Below are positions 1 to 9,602 of a stretch of 32,000 bases of DNA, piece by piece. Position 1 is the stretch's first letter, and every line of letters starts with the position of its first letter. The notes under the pieces were generated by a model, which was given only the letters and a program-made list of their open reading frames with translations, was not told the origin of the DNA and did not search any database. Source of the stretch: Fastidiosibacter lacustris. GTDB lineage: Bacteria > Pseudomonadota > Gammaproteobacteria > Francisellales > Francisellaceae. Where the stretch lies: assembly GCF_003428155.1 (NCBI RefSeq), contig NZ_QLIR01000008.1, positions 30,001-62,000 of the forward strand. Reading direction: 5' to 3'. A program made the translations under genes and the position numbers.

Positions 1-644
1 TTATTCATTTCATGCAAGTTAAAACCTATCACGGAGCACTTTATGAAGTGGACCTACGTTTGCGTCCTGATGGTGAAAATGGCTTTGTTGCAACTAGCAT
101 TCAAAGTTATGAACAATATCTCAAAAACTCTGCCTGGACTTGGGAGCATCAAGCTTTGACACGTGCTCGTTTTATTTGTGGTGACATCGTCATCCAAAAA
201 AAATTTGACATAATACGCACACAAACTATCTGTCAAAAACGCAACATTCAAAAACTCAAACAAGATATTATCAATATGCGCCATAAAATGCGTAAACACT
301 TGTTGAAAGTTTCTGATAATCAATTTGACTTAAAACAAAGCACTGGTGGTATGATCGATATTGAATTTATTGCACAATTCTATGCACTTGCTTACAGTCA
401 CAAAATACCTCCTATTTGTTATTACAGTGATAGCATCCGCATTATTCAAACTATGGAAAGTGCACACATGATTTCATGGACAACTGCACAGACTTTAATT
501 AATCACTATTGTTATTATCGCGATTTAGGATTTAAGTGCTATCTCAATAAAACCGATCCAATTGTTACAATTAAGTCTTGTCAAATACAGGCAAAGCAAA
601 TACACGCCATCTGGGATGAACTATTTATAACAGAAGCACTTTAA
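1..644 (+). CDS. glnE: Glutamine synthetase adenylyltransferase/deadenylase, C-terminal part (5' end outside window)
   Basis: Protein contains YEVDLRLRPDGENGFVATSIQSYEQYLKNSAWTWEHQALTRAR and GGMIDIEFIAQF, typical of the GlnE C-terminal adenylyltransferase domain. The frame is open to the window edge. Confidence 0.93.
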   Translation, partial: IHFMQVKTYHGALYEVDLRLRPDGENGFVATSIQSYEQYLKNSAWTWEHQALTRARFICGDIVIQKKFDIIRTQTICQKRNIQKLKQDIINMRHKMRKHLLKVSDNQFDLKQSTGGMIDIEFIAQFYALAYSHKIPPICYYSDSIRIIQTMESAHMISWTTAQTLINHYCYYRDLGFKCYLNKTDPIVTIKSCQIQAKQIHAIWDELFITEAL

Positions 645-662
645 TAAAGAAATCAATTTGCT

Positions 663-683
663 TTGATCAAAAGATCAATTTTT
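663..683 (+). terminator. Rho-independent terminator of glnE
   Basis: TTGATC-AAAA-GATCAA stem-loop followed by TTTTT, between the convergent glnE and bioD stop codons. Confidence 0.7.
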
Positions 684-702
684 AAGCTGTTACGACAGCT
701 CC

Positions 703-1359
703 TTATTTTATGTGAAAATCAACCGTAAGAATTTTGGGCACACTTAGCATATAGGTTAAAGTGGCAATGTTCTCTTGTAACCTTGGCATATCCGCTTGAA
801 TACAATTAGCAACCCAGCCAATGCAATGAATTTCATTTTGGCGTAAATAATAGTCAGTTAATAAAGCATGATTTATACATCCAAGCTTCATTCCTACGAC
901 TAGTATTACAGGAATATTTAAAGCTTTTAAATAATCTGCCCAGGTTTGATTTAAGTTCAACGGTGTCAATAAACCGCCCACCCCTTCAATCAATAATAGG
1001 TCAGCATCAATTTGTCCAAATGCGTCGTAACTCTGCATCATCAATTTCTCAACACTAAGTTCATCGCTCACATCCTTGGCTGCAATATGTGGAGCAATTG
1101 GCGGCTTATACAAATTTGGATTAACTAATTCATAGTCATAAGATTTGGATGCTGTCTGTTGTAACAAAAGCGCATCCCCATTAACCCATTTTCCATCCTG
1201 CAAGAAAGCACCAGATGCGATAGGTTTTAATCCAGCAACATTTTTCCCCATCTGCTTTATTTGTGTCATTAAATGTATACTAACATAGGTCTTCCCCACC
1301 TCTGTATCTGTACCAATAACACCAATTTTGTTATAGGTTAGCAAAAGCTCTAAACTCAT
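703..1359 (-). CDS. bioD: Dethiobiotin synthetase
   Basis: GVIGTDTEVGKTYVS P-loop and LLIEGVGGLLTPL. The ATG at 1359 overlaps the bioC TGA as ATGA, so this start is preferred over the ORF-track start at 1413. Confidence 0.92.
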   Translation of the reverse strand: MSLELLLTYNKIGVIGTDTEVGKTYVSIHLMTQIKQMGKNVAGLKPIASGAFLQDGKWVNGDALLLQQTASKSYDYELVNPNLYKPPIAPHIAAKDVSDELSVEKLMMQSYDAFGQIDADLLLIEGVGGLLTPLNLNQTWADYLKALNIPVILVVGMKLGCINHALLTDYYLRQNEIHCIGWVANCIQADMPRLQENIATLTYMLSVPKILTVDFHIK

Positions 1360-2138
1360 ATTGTTCTCTTTTTCAATATATATAATCCCGTTAGATAAGT
1401 TAGCTGTGCACATTCATCTTGCTGTAAATAACATCGTAACTTAAGTGTTTCCACTTTAGAGTCTCCTAAATAACAATTCACACCTGTATACTTCAAATGC
1501 CTTAGTTGAGAAATACGATCATCAAAAGCAACAACGAATTTTTCACATTTTGCTGTTATTACAACCAAACCATTTTTTTGTAACATTTTAAGTACTTGTA
1601 TATGGTTATAAAAATGATTAATGCGTACCACCTGTTCAAGCTCGTTAAATGTCCCTTTTAACGGAATAGAAAAGCAAAAATAACCATTGTCTTCCAACGT
1701 TTGTTGGATGCGATACAGCAGCAACGAGAACGCACATGACCATTGCAATGCCATATTACTATAAATTAAATGATATTTCTTGCCTGCTAGTTTCATCCAC
1801 ATCTCATCTAAATCAAAATTTGTGCAATAGAAGTTTAATCTATCAAAATTACGAGCATCCAACTTACTGATACACTTTGCCTCTGTAATTAGTTCAACTG
1901 CACAATCAATAGCATCGTAACGTTTACTATTTAGTATTTTGAAAAGCTTAAAACTATCTATGCCATTACCACAACCAAGCTCAAGCACAGAATGCGCATA
2001 TTTCATATAATTGTACATCAGTTGCTGTAGTGTAAGTGTAACTTGTCTTTGCACGTTATCATGTTGTGGATAGCTTGATTTTGCAAGATTAAAACAATGA
2101 CTTATTTCTTTATACAATGTAACGATCTCCACACACAT
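1356..2138 (-). CDS. bioC: Malonyl-ACP O-methyltransferase
   Basis: SAM-binding motif VLELGCGNGIDS, NLIYSNMALQWS region and a position inside the bio cluster. The start is probably MCVEIVTLYKEISHCFNLAKSSY (the ORF track extends to 2165). Confidence 0.85.
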   Translation of the reverse strand: MCVEIVTLYKEISHCFNLAKSSYPQHDNVQRQVTLTLQQLMYNYMKYAHSVLELGCGNGIDSFKLFKILNSKRYDAIDCAVELITEAKCISKLDARNFDRLNFYCTNFDLDEMWMKLAGKKYHLIYSNMALQWSCAFSLLLYRIQQTLEDNGYFCFSIPLKGTFNELEQVVRINHFYNHIQVLKMLQKNGLVVITAKCEKFVVAFDDRISQLRHLKYTGVNCYLGDSKVETLKLRCYLQQDECAQLTYLTGLYILKKRTI

Positions 2139-2775
2139 AATGTAAAAGATCAAGGTGACTTGCACCTTTAATCATTACAACATCTAATTGCATCGCTAAG
2201 GTTTTAGAGTCGATAATAGCGTCTTTCTCAGCTAATAAAATCTTGTGTTGGTATTGTGCTACTATCAGCCGTATTTGCTCGATAGCGAAATCAAAACGAA
2301 ACATCCATCTTAGATAATTAAGGTTACTTTTATAATTATCCTGAGTGAAATCTAAAGGAAAGTCGATCTGTTGTAATAAATTTGGAAAACAAATAAGTTT
2401 AATAAACTTATTTGCTAATGCAGTTTGATTTAACTGATACTGACGTATAAACGCTGCTTTTTTTGCATCCTCATGAAACTGCCAAACCAAGGGTAAGCCA
2501 TAAAAATAAATTTTTTGTGGTTGAATTCTTTTCTTCATTAACAATTTTAATAGCCACAAACCACTATGCGACCACGCATGTATTACATGAGCACCTGCTA
2601 AACTCTCTTCTAATTTTGCTAACACCTCTTTTTCATCTCCCACATCAAAATCAGGCATGTTAATACACTGTGACTGAACTAATGTTGGATAAAAGTATTG
2701 CCATATGCTTGCGCTAAAGCCCCAACCAGGTAAGAAAACGTGTTTTTTATCGTTCATATATTTTTGTTTATCCAA
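2110..2775 (-). CDS. Alpha/beta-hydrolase, probable pimeloyl-ACP methyl ester carboxylesterase (BioH-like)
   Basis: HVFLPGWGFSASIW oxyanion region, HAWSHSGLW nucleophile-elbow region, candidate acid in LLAEKDAIID and candidate His in IKGASHLDLLHY. It lies between bioF and bioC. Confidence 0.7.
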   Translation of the reverse strand: MDKQKYMNDKKHVFLPGWGFSASIWQYFYPTLVQSQCINMPDFDVGDEKEVLAKLEESLAGAHVIHAWSHSGLWLLKLLMKKRIQPQKIYFYGLPLVWQFHEDAKKAAFIRQYQLNQTALANKFIKLICFPNLLQQIDFPLDFTQDNYKSNLNYLRWMFRFDFAIEQIRLIVAQYQHKILLAEKDAIIDSKTLAMQLDVVMIKGASHLDLLHYVCGDRYIV

Positions 2776-2777
2776 AA

Positions 2778-3929
2778 TTACTTACTCCTACACAAACGCA
2801 AAGCATCTAATAGCCCTTTAATATCGCTTTTATCATGTAGTGCCGTTAATGATATGCGTAACCTTGCCGTTTTTTGCGGCACAGTTGGTGGACGAATACA
2901 AGACACTAAAAATCCACGCTCTTTAAGTGCCCCTTGTAACTGCTGAGTTTGTTCATTATCACCAATAATAATGCTACGAATAGGTGTCGCATCGGTTGAG
3001 TAAACATTCAAATCCAAATACTGTGCATAATGGTTAAAATATTCAATATTTTCAAATAATTTATTACGTAAACCATCTGCTTTTTTAAGTACATACAACG
3101 CCGCATTGAGTGCACCTACAATAGGAACGGCTAACGCTGTACTAAAGATATAACTGCGTGCTGTTTGAATTAATAACGTTATCGTATCTAAATCCGCACA
3201 AACAATTGCTCCCATTGCACCCATCGACTTACCACAAGGAAAAATTGTTAGTGCTATATCTTCATGTGTTAAACCTGCATGATTAATCGATCCTCTACCA
3301 TTTTGTCCCAATACACCAAAGCCGTGCGCATCATCAACGATAAGTGTTTTATCAACTGGTAAAGCTTTTTTTCTAATCGCAGATAAAGGTGAAATATTAC
3401 CATCCATACTAAAAACACCTTCTGTTACACAAAATTGAATGCTTTTATCTTGAGTTAAGATTCTCTGTAACGCTTCGATATCTTGATGTGGATAACGCTT
3501 AAATCTAGTCTGACTTAATAAAATACCATCTAAGATAGAAGCATGAATAAGTTTGTCGGTAACGATTGTTTTTTTTTGCTTTGCCAGTAGATTCATAACT
3601 GCAAGGTTTGCATGATATCCTGAGTTAAACAGTAAAGCACAAGGATAACCAACAAACTCAGCAAAAGCCTCTTCTAATGATTTCGTTAATTGAGTTGTTC
3701 CTGAGACAATTGCAGAAGAAGTACTACCCACGCCATAATCATCTATTGCTTTTTGTGCAGCTTTTTTAACTAATGGATGCTGTGACAAGCCTAAATAATC
3801 ATTGCTACTAAAATCAATTAAGCCTTTATCTTCAAGCAAAATAACTTTTCCCTTTCGCTCTAAAAATAATCGTTGGCGATAAAGCCCATTTAGCTTAATT
3901 TCTTCTATAACATCAATGGCAAGCTTCAT
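2778..3929 (-). CDS. bioF: 8-amino-7-oxononanoate synthase
   Basis: [45 protein letters not shown] and [12 protein letters not shown] (PLP lysine). Confidence 0.95.
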   Translation of the reverse strand: MKLAIDVIEEIKLNGLYRQRLFLERKGKVILLEDKGLIDFSSNDYLGLSQHPLVKKAAQKAIDDYGVGSTSSAIVSGTTQLTKSLEEAFAEFVGYPCALLFNSGYHANLAVMNLLAKQKKTIVTDKLIHASILDGILLSQTRFKRYPHQDIEALQRILTQDKSIQFCVTEGVFSMDGNISPLSAIRKKALPVDKTLIVDDAHGFGVLGQNGRGSINHAGLTHEDIALTIFPCGKSMGAMGAIVCADLDTITLLIQTARSYIFSTALAVPIVGALNAALYVLKKADGLRNKLFENIEYFNHYAQYLDLNVYSTDATPIRSIIIGDNEQTQQLQGALKERGFLVSCIRPPTVPQKTARLRISLTALHDKSDIKGLLDALRLCRSK

Positions 3930-4914
3930 TTATTGCTCTTGTTTCATTGATATATTCATAATGTTTATCAGTAGTTTGCTCAATTTCAAAGCCCAACTCT
4001 GTTAATAAAGCCAGATCATGCTCTTCACTTGGATTAGTTGCAGTTAATAACTTATCACCATAAAAAATCGAATTTGCTCCTGCTAAAAATGCTAACGATT
4101 GCATTTCATCACTCATCTGTGAACGTCCAGCCGATAAACGAATTTTTGAAGTTGGGAGCAAAATTCTCGCCACTGCAATTGTACGTACAAAGTCAAACGT
4201 TTTGACTTGTATTTTATTCAGTTTATCACCAAGTGGCGTACCAGGCACAGGAATAAGTTGATTAATAGGGACACTGGCAGGAGGTGTTTTAAGATTTGCC
4301 AAAGTCACTAACATTTGCAATCGATCTTCTATGCTTTCACCCATACCAAGGATCCCACCACAGCAAACTTTCATACCTGCCTCTGCAACCTTTTGCAATG
4401 TATCCAAGCGTGATTGATAATCTCTGGTCGTGATAATGTATTTATAATAGTTTTCTGATGTATCCAAATTATGGTTATAATAATCAAGGCCAGCCTCTGC
4501 TAACATCTGAGCTTGTTCTTTACTCAACATCCCTAAGGTCATACAGGTTTCTAGGCCTTGCTCCTTAACAGCTTGAATGATTTCTATGAGTTTTGGCATC
4601 GCTTTTAGTGGAGGGTTACGCCATGCTGCTCCCATACAAAAACGCTTGGCACCCAATGCTTTTGCTTTTACTACTTGAGGGATAATAAGCTCAACATCCA
4701 TAAGTTTTTCTTTTTTGATGTCAACGTTATAATGTGCGCTTTGTGGGCAATATCTACAATCTTCAGGGCAACTACCTGTTTTAATACTCAGTAATGTGCA
4801 TAATTCCATTTCATCTCTAAAATGCATTCTGTGCACGGTTTGAGCTTCAAACAAAAGTGCATTAAATGGCTTACTATACAAGGTTTTGGCATATTCTAGC
4901 GTTATATTTTGCAT
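3913..4914 (-). CDS. bioB: Biotin synthase
   Basis: Radical-SAM motif [41 protein letters not shown] and [14 protein letters not shown]. Confidence 0.97.
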   Translation of the reverse strand: MQNITLEYAKTLYSKPFNALLFEAQTVHRMHFRDEMELCTLLSIKTGSCPEDCRYCPQSAHYNVDIKKEKLMDVELIIPQVVKAKALGAKRFCMGAAWRNPPLKAMPKLIEIIQAVKEQGLETCMTLGMLSKEQAQMLAEAGLDYYNHNLDTSENYYKYIITTRDYQSRLDTLQKVAEAGMKVCCGGILGMGESIEDRLQMLVTLANLKTPPASVPINQLIPVPGTPLGDKLNKIQVKTFDFVRTIAVARILLPTSKIRLSAGRSQMSDEMQSLAFLAGANSIFYGDKLLTATNPSEEHDLALLTELGFEIEQTTDKHYEYINETRAINEACH

Positions 4915-4946
4915 GGCTTTCCTAATACTGCTTCCTATGCGCCAAC

Positions 4947-4975
4947 AATCTACGTATACTTTTCAACTCAGTCAA
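4947..4975 (-). promoter_or_regulatory. Predicted sigma70 promoter for the bioBFHCD operon
   Basis: Minus-strand TTGACT (4970-4975), 17 bp spacer, TAGATT (4947-4952). An opposing TATACT -10-like box for bioA lies at 4955-4960. Confidence 0.5.
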
Positions 4976-5000
4976 CTTTTATTTTTAAAGAAGTTTACAA
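4969..5000. promoter_or_regulatory. Candidate BirA operator between bioB and bioA
   Basis: Perfect right half-site GTTTACAA (4993-5000) and degenerate left half-site CAGTCAAC (4969-4976), separated by 16 nt, in the divergent bio promoter. Compare the known TTGTAAAC...GTTTACAA consensus. Confidence 0.55.
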
Positions 5001-6290
5001 ATGTACTCAACTCATCTATGGCACCCTTGCTCCCAAATGAAGGACTATGAAAGCTTTAACCCACTTAATATTACCCAAGCAAAAGGAAACTTTGTTTATC
5101 ACAATAATAAACCAATTATCGATGCTATTTCCAGCTGGTGGTGTAAGTCTTTAGGACACAATCATCCACAACTCCAGGCAGCTTTAATCACTCAATTGAA
5201 CTTACTTGAGCATACCATTCTAGCTAATACCACCAATCCAACTATTGAAAAATTTACAAAAAAGCTTTGCACACTTACTCGAACTGATAAAGTCTTGTTT
5301 GCCAGTGATGGTTCTTGTGCAGTGGAAATAGCTCTTAAAATGAGTATTCATGCCAGAATAATACGTGGTCAAACAAAGAAGACTCAATTTGCTGCGTTGC
5401 GGAATAGTTATCACGGTGAAACTTGTGCAACGTTAAGCGTCAGTGACTCAGGTTTATATAAAAAACCATACCAAAGTTTATTATTTGATTGCACTTTTTT
5501 AACTGCTATACCCTACGTTAGTGGTAAAAAAGACATACTTTGGCATGATGCTAAAGAACACTGGTTTCAAACACAGACACAACTAGAAATGATTAAAGAT
5601 AAGCTTAATGCCATCATTATTGAACCTTTAATTCAAGGCGCAGGTGGAATGCTCATCTATAGCAAAGATTATTTATCTTACCTCTCACAGTGGTGCAAAG
5701 AAAATGACGTTTATCTTATTGCTGATGAAATCATGACTGGCATCGGTCGCACAGGCAAAATGTTAGCATGTCAATATGCCAACATAACAGCTGATTTTAT
5801 TTGCTTATCCAAAGGACTCACTTCTGGCATGCTACCATTAAGTGTTTGTCTAACTCATGATTTTATTTATGCATTATTTTATGATGATTATAAAACTCAA
5901 AAAGCTTTTATGCACTCACATACCCATAGTGGAAATACGCTTGCTTGTGCAGTTGCCTTAGCAACCTTAGAAACATTTGAGAATGAACAGATTTTAGATT
6001 ACGTTAATCATACACTTGCACCTACACTTGCTCGTAACTTATATGAAGTGGCCGATAAAACTCAAGCTTTGCACAACATTCACCATTTAGGTGCAGTGGT
6101 TGCTGCTGATATTAAAAACCCATCTCATCCACGCCAAGGTTATCAAGTCTACCAAAAGGCTGTGCAATTAGGAGCATTTCTTCGACCATTGGGCAATACG
6201 ATTTATTGGTTACCGCCTTTAAATACGGATCTTAAAACGCTCAATCAGCTCAAAGACATCACAATACAAGCCTTGTTAACGCTAGATTAA
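5001..6290 (+). CDS. bioA: Adenosylmethionine-8-amino-7-oxononanoate aminotransferase
   Basis: HLWHPCSQMKDYE, AISSWWCKSLGHNHP, LIADEIMTGIGRTGKMLACQYANITADFICLSKGLTSGMLPLS, and divergence from bioB. Confidence 0.95.
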   Translation: MYSTHLWHPCSQMKDYESFNPLNITQAKGNFVYHNNKPIIDAISSWWCKSLGHNHPQLQAALITQLNLLEHTILANTTNPTIEKFTKKLCTLTRTDKVLFASDGSCAVEIALKMSIHARIIRGQTKKTQFAALRNSYHGETCATLSVSDSGLYKKPYQSLLFDCTFLTAIPYVSGKKDILWHDAKEHWFQTQTQLEMIKDKLNAIIIEPLIQGAGGMLIYSKDYLSYLSQWCKENDVYLIADEIMTGIGRTGKMLACQYANITADFICLSKGLTSGMLPLSVCLTHDFIYALFYDDYKTQKAFMHSHTHSGNTLACAVALATLETFENEQILDYVNHTLAPTLARNLYEVADKTQALHNIHHLGAVVAADIKNPSHPRQGYQVYQKAVQLGAFLRPLGNTIYWLPPLNTDLKTLNQLKDITIQALLTLD

Positions 6291-6354
6291 GCGTTATTAA
6301 CAATTATCCTTTTGATCAGCGCTTGACATGCCTAAGCCGCACTCAATTGAACTT

Positions 6355-7527
6355 CTATCGCAATTTAAAAATATAACACTTTAAATAATCATGGTAGTCG
6401 ACTTGCACTGACTGAGTATGACAAGGGGATGAGTAGCCCTTATGGAGTAAAATCATATTAACACCTAACGACTGAATGATTTCAAAAAACAGCTCTTCTG
6501 TTAAGTGGCGACTACAACTACACGCGATAAACAACCCCCCTTTATTGAGACATGCTAAGCTCAACCGATACAGTCGCTGATATGCACGTATCGCCTCTGC
6601 TAAATGCTTTTTAGATTTAGCAAAAGCAGGCGGGTCAGCAACCACAACATCATAGTACCTATTCATGGTAGTCAATGATTTAAGTGCTTCAAACATATCA
6701 CCATGCAATAAAGTAATGACTTTACCACTTGCTGCTTGCTCAATGTTGTGTTTTGCCATATTAAGTGCTTTTTCGCTTTGATCAATCAAGGTAAAAACTT
6801 TTAACTGTTGTGAAGCTGTAACACTCCATGCACCCATATAGCAACAAACATCTAGCATTGATGACAGCTGCTCGGTGAGATAGTCTTGAAAAGCAATTAA
6901 GTTACATCTTTGGTCGATAAATAGACCCGTTTTCTGTCCATGCACTAAATCAAAGCTCAAGTTATTACCAGCAAGTTTAGTTGTTTGTATTGATTCAGCT
7001 TGTAAATACTGCCATTGTACAATACTTTGCAAACCTTCTTGCTCACGTACTTGACCAGTGCTGCGCTCAAAAACAGCAACTGCTGGCATTAACTGACTAA
7101 GTGCTTTAATAACAAAAGGCATTAATAAATCTGCACTTGCAGCGCTAGACTGCACAACGTTGACTGCACCATAGCAGTCAATCGTAATACCAGGTAAACC
7201 ATCATGATCGCCGTGACATAAGCGAAAAGCTTCTTGGCATTGGACAAATTTAAACACTTCTTTCTCTTGATATAGATGCTCGAGAAATTCAATAATAACT
7301 TTTTCTAATCCGTGTATTACAATCTCTTCTATACTTAACGCTGACACTCTCACTGCCATCAATTGATGCTTACTGTATAAGGCAAGTCTTTGTTTACATT
7401 GCACTAAACTACAGCCTTGGGCATTTAATTTTGATTGATCTAAATGCTCAATCTCATTGCTGTAAAAAATGCTACGTACATGATAGTTTTTGATCTTCTT
7501 TACTAAGGTAATTTCAGTTAACTGCAT
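6355..7527 (-). CDS. rlmI: Class I SAM-dependent 23S rRNA m5C methyltransferase, RlmI family
   Basis: DGLPGITIDCYG, GQKTGLFIDQR, CCYMGAWSVTA and VVADPPAFAKSKKHL, the RlmI/PUA-MTase layout. Confidence 0.85.
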   Translation of the reverse strand: MQLTEITLVKKIKNYHVRSIFYSNEIEHLDQSKLNAQGCSLVQCKQRLALYSKHQLMAVRVSALSIEEIVIHGLEKVIIEFLEHLYQEKEVFKFVQCQEAFRLCHGDHDGLPGITIDCYGAVNVVQSSAASADLLMPFVIKALSQLMPAVAVFERSTGQVREQEGLQSIVQWQYLQAESIQTTKLAGNNLSFDLVHGQKTGLFIDQRCNLIAFQDYLTEQLSSMLDVCCYMGAWSVTASQQLKVFTLIDQSEKALNMAKHNIEQAASGKVITLLHGDMFEALKSLTTMNRYYDVVVADPPAFAKSKKHLAEAIRAYQRLYRLSLACLNKGGLFIACSCSRHLTEELFFEIIQSLGVNMILLHKGYSSPCHTQSVQVDYHDYLKCYIFKLR

Positions 7528-7672
7528 ATTGATTTTTATCTTTTTACAAAAAATTGCGTGCTTATTGTATACTCATCACAAACCACTTTACAGCTTTTTT
7601 GACTTTGATCCTCCTTTCCATTTAGCGAAAAAGCCATTAGCATTTATTTTTATTTACTTTAAATATTTCATT

Positions 7673-8491
7673 ATGCCAGAGCTACCCGAAGTTGAAACCA
7701 TCAAAAATGGCTTAAACCAATACTGCATCAATAAAACCATTGTTGAGGCTGGTATCTATTGTCAAAAGTTGCGTTATCCACTTGATCCTACACTCTGTCA
7801 AAAGCTAAAAGGTCAAGTGATTCTTAACTTTGAGCGCCGTGGTAAGCATTTAATTGTCAAGTTAGCTAATTATACGCTTATTATTCATCTGGGGATGTCT
7901 GGCTCATTGCAAATTGTTGATACAGATTGCTATAAGCTTCAAAAACATAACCATATCGTGCTGAAACTTAACGATAATACTACCCTTTTTTATCACGACC
8001 CTAGGAGATTTGGTTATTGGCATATCACAAGCGATGATCCACTTCAGCATAGATGTTTTAATCATTATGGCTTAGAACCACTGAGTGATGTATTTACTCC
8101 AAAGTATCTTGTCAACGCATTAAAATCGCGCAAACAACCGATAAAATCTTCAATTATGGATAATAAAATCGTGGTTGGTATTGGTAATATTTACGCCTGT
8201 GAAAGCTTATTCTTAGCACAGCTTCATCCTCAAAAAGCCAGTAATATACTGACAATAAAAGAGCACCATCAATTGATTAATGCAATAAAAACCACCTTGG
8301 CGGATGCGATCACTCAAGGTGGTACAACCTTAAAGGATTATAAAAATGCAACAGGCAAACCTGGCTATTTTGCACAAAAACTAAAAGTCTATGGTCAAAA
8401 AGACAAACCTTGTGTAATTTGCCACACTGCAATTAAAGCAATAACACTGGCTCAACGTACAACTTTTTATTGTCCAAACTGCCAAAGATAA
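7673..8491 (+). CDS. mutM: Formamidopyrimidine-DNA glycosylase
   Basis: MPELPEVETIKNGL N-terminus at 7673, GIGNIYACESLF and C-terminal zinc finger CVICHTAIKAI...YCPNC. The ORF-track extension upstream to 7490 is unlikely to be translated. Confidence 0.96.
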   Translation: MPELPEVETIKNGLNQYCINKTIVEAGIYCQKLRYPLDPTLCQKLKGQVILNFERRGKHLIVKLANYTLIIHLGMSGSLQIVDTDCYKLQKHNHIVLKLNDNTTLFYHDPRRFGYWHITSDDPLQHRCFNHYGLEPLSDVFTPKYLVNALKSRKQPIKSSIMDNKIVVGIGNIYACESLFLAQLHPQKASNILTIKEHHQLINAIKTTLADAITQGGTTLKDYKNATGKPGYFAQKLKVYGQKDKPCVICHTAIKAITLAQRTTFYCPNCQR

Positions 8492-8495
8492 GTAA

Positions 8496-8729
8496 ACATC
8501 TTGCTTCATTAACGTGAACTTTGCCAATACAGATAATTTAAAAGTAAAACACTTCTCATTTGGAGTTGATAATTATTTTTGCCCAGGCTCAAAAATAACA
8601 AATAAGTTGGGTGAAAATTTTATTGACTTTATAAAAAATAATAAGGCTTTGACGGGAAAGTCTATGTTGGATATAGAATTTGAAGAAAATATTGGTTATC
8701 AGAAAATTAAAAAATTTATGATAGGATAA
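8496..8729 (+). pseudogene. Probable C-terminal remnant of a cytochrome P450 (heme-binding loop)
   Basis: Frame open from 8496, GTG at 8514. HFSFGVDNYFCPG fits the F-G-x-x-x-x-x-C-x-G spacing of the P450 heme-binding loop (canonical FGxGxxxCxG). It is followed by a helix-like GSKITNKLGENFIDFI. No N-terminal P450 portion is present, because mutM ends at 8491. Confidence 0.5.
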
Positions 8730-8733
8730 AGAT

Positions 8734-9504
8734 ATGAATTTTGTGTTTGATATTGATGGCACAATATGTAACAACGGAAGATATATTGATCCTAATATCG
8801 AAAAAGCGATATTGGAATTATCAAAAACAAGAAATGTCATTTTTGCATCTGCCAGACCGATTCGGGATATGTTGCCTTTAATTGATAGCTCATTACATAA
8901 AAGTTTGCTGATCGGCTGCAATGGCGGAATTCATTATAAAGATGGTAGTTTTGGTAAAACTCGTTATTTTAAGAAAGAACAGATAATAAGGGTAATAGAG
9001 TTTATTAAGAACAATGATATGCCCTATGTCCTTGATAGTGATTGGTTCTTTTCTTTATCAGAAAAAAAACATATGTTTCATGATTATATAAGGTCATTAA
9101 GTAATTACGAACTTAGTGAGAAAAAATTGATAAGTAAGGGGGTAACAAAGCTATTAATTTTAGAGAATAAGTTTAAAAACAAATTAATAAAATATCTAAA
9201 TAAACAGAATATATTGTATAGTTTAAATCATCACACTCAAGAGAGTTTTTTTGATATCACCCCAACTAAAAATAACAAGCTGGTCGCTTTAGAAGAGTGC
9301 AATATTGACGTTTCTCGTTCTGTATGTTTCGGTAATGATATGAATGATTTTGAAATGTTAGACAACGCATTTATATCTGTATTTGTGGGCACTAAAAGTT
9401 CTTACAACAAAGCTTCAATTTATACCGATTTTCACCATGTTCATAATGTAATAAAAGACTTATCGTCAAACGCTCTAAGAACAAAATGCTTGTCACAAAT
9501 ATAA
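8734..9504 (+). CDS. HAD superfamily (Cof/IIB-type) hydrolase
   Basis: N-terminal FDIDGTICN (DxDGT), FASARP (motif II region), GCNGG cap and VCFGNDMNDFEML (GNDxND motif). Confidence 0.85.
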   Translation: MNFVFDIDGTICNNGRYIDPNIEKAILELSKTRNVIFASARPIRDMLPLIDSSLHKSLLIGCNGGIHYKDGSFGKTRYFKKEQIIRVIEFIKNNDMPYVLDSDWFFSLSEKKHMFHDYIRSLSNYELSEKKLISKGVTKLLILENKFKNKLIKYLNKQNILYSLNHHTQESFFDITPTKNNKLVALEECNIDVSRSVCFGNDMNDFEMLDNAFISVFVGTKSSYNKASIYTDFHHVHNVIKDLSSNALRTKCLSQI

Positions 9505-9602
9505 GCAGGGTGCTTAGGAAAGTTTTTGGTAATTATGTCATTTCTTCAAACAAAATATCTATGTTGGAATATTAAACTGTTTGTGTTGTTTTTCAGGGAC
9601 AA

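Noticed and set aside
7490-7672. 61-codon N-terminal extension of mutM in the ORF track.
   Set aside because: Fpg requires an N-terminal Pro exposed after Met removal (MPELPEVE). The extension overlaps the rlmI start on the opposite strand.
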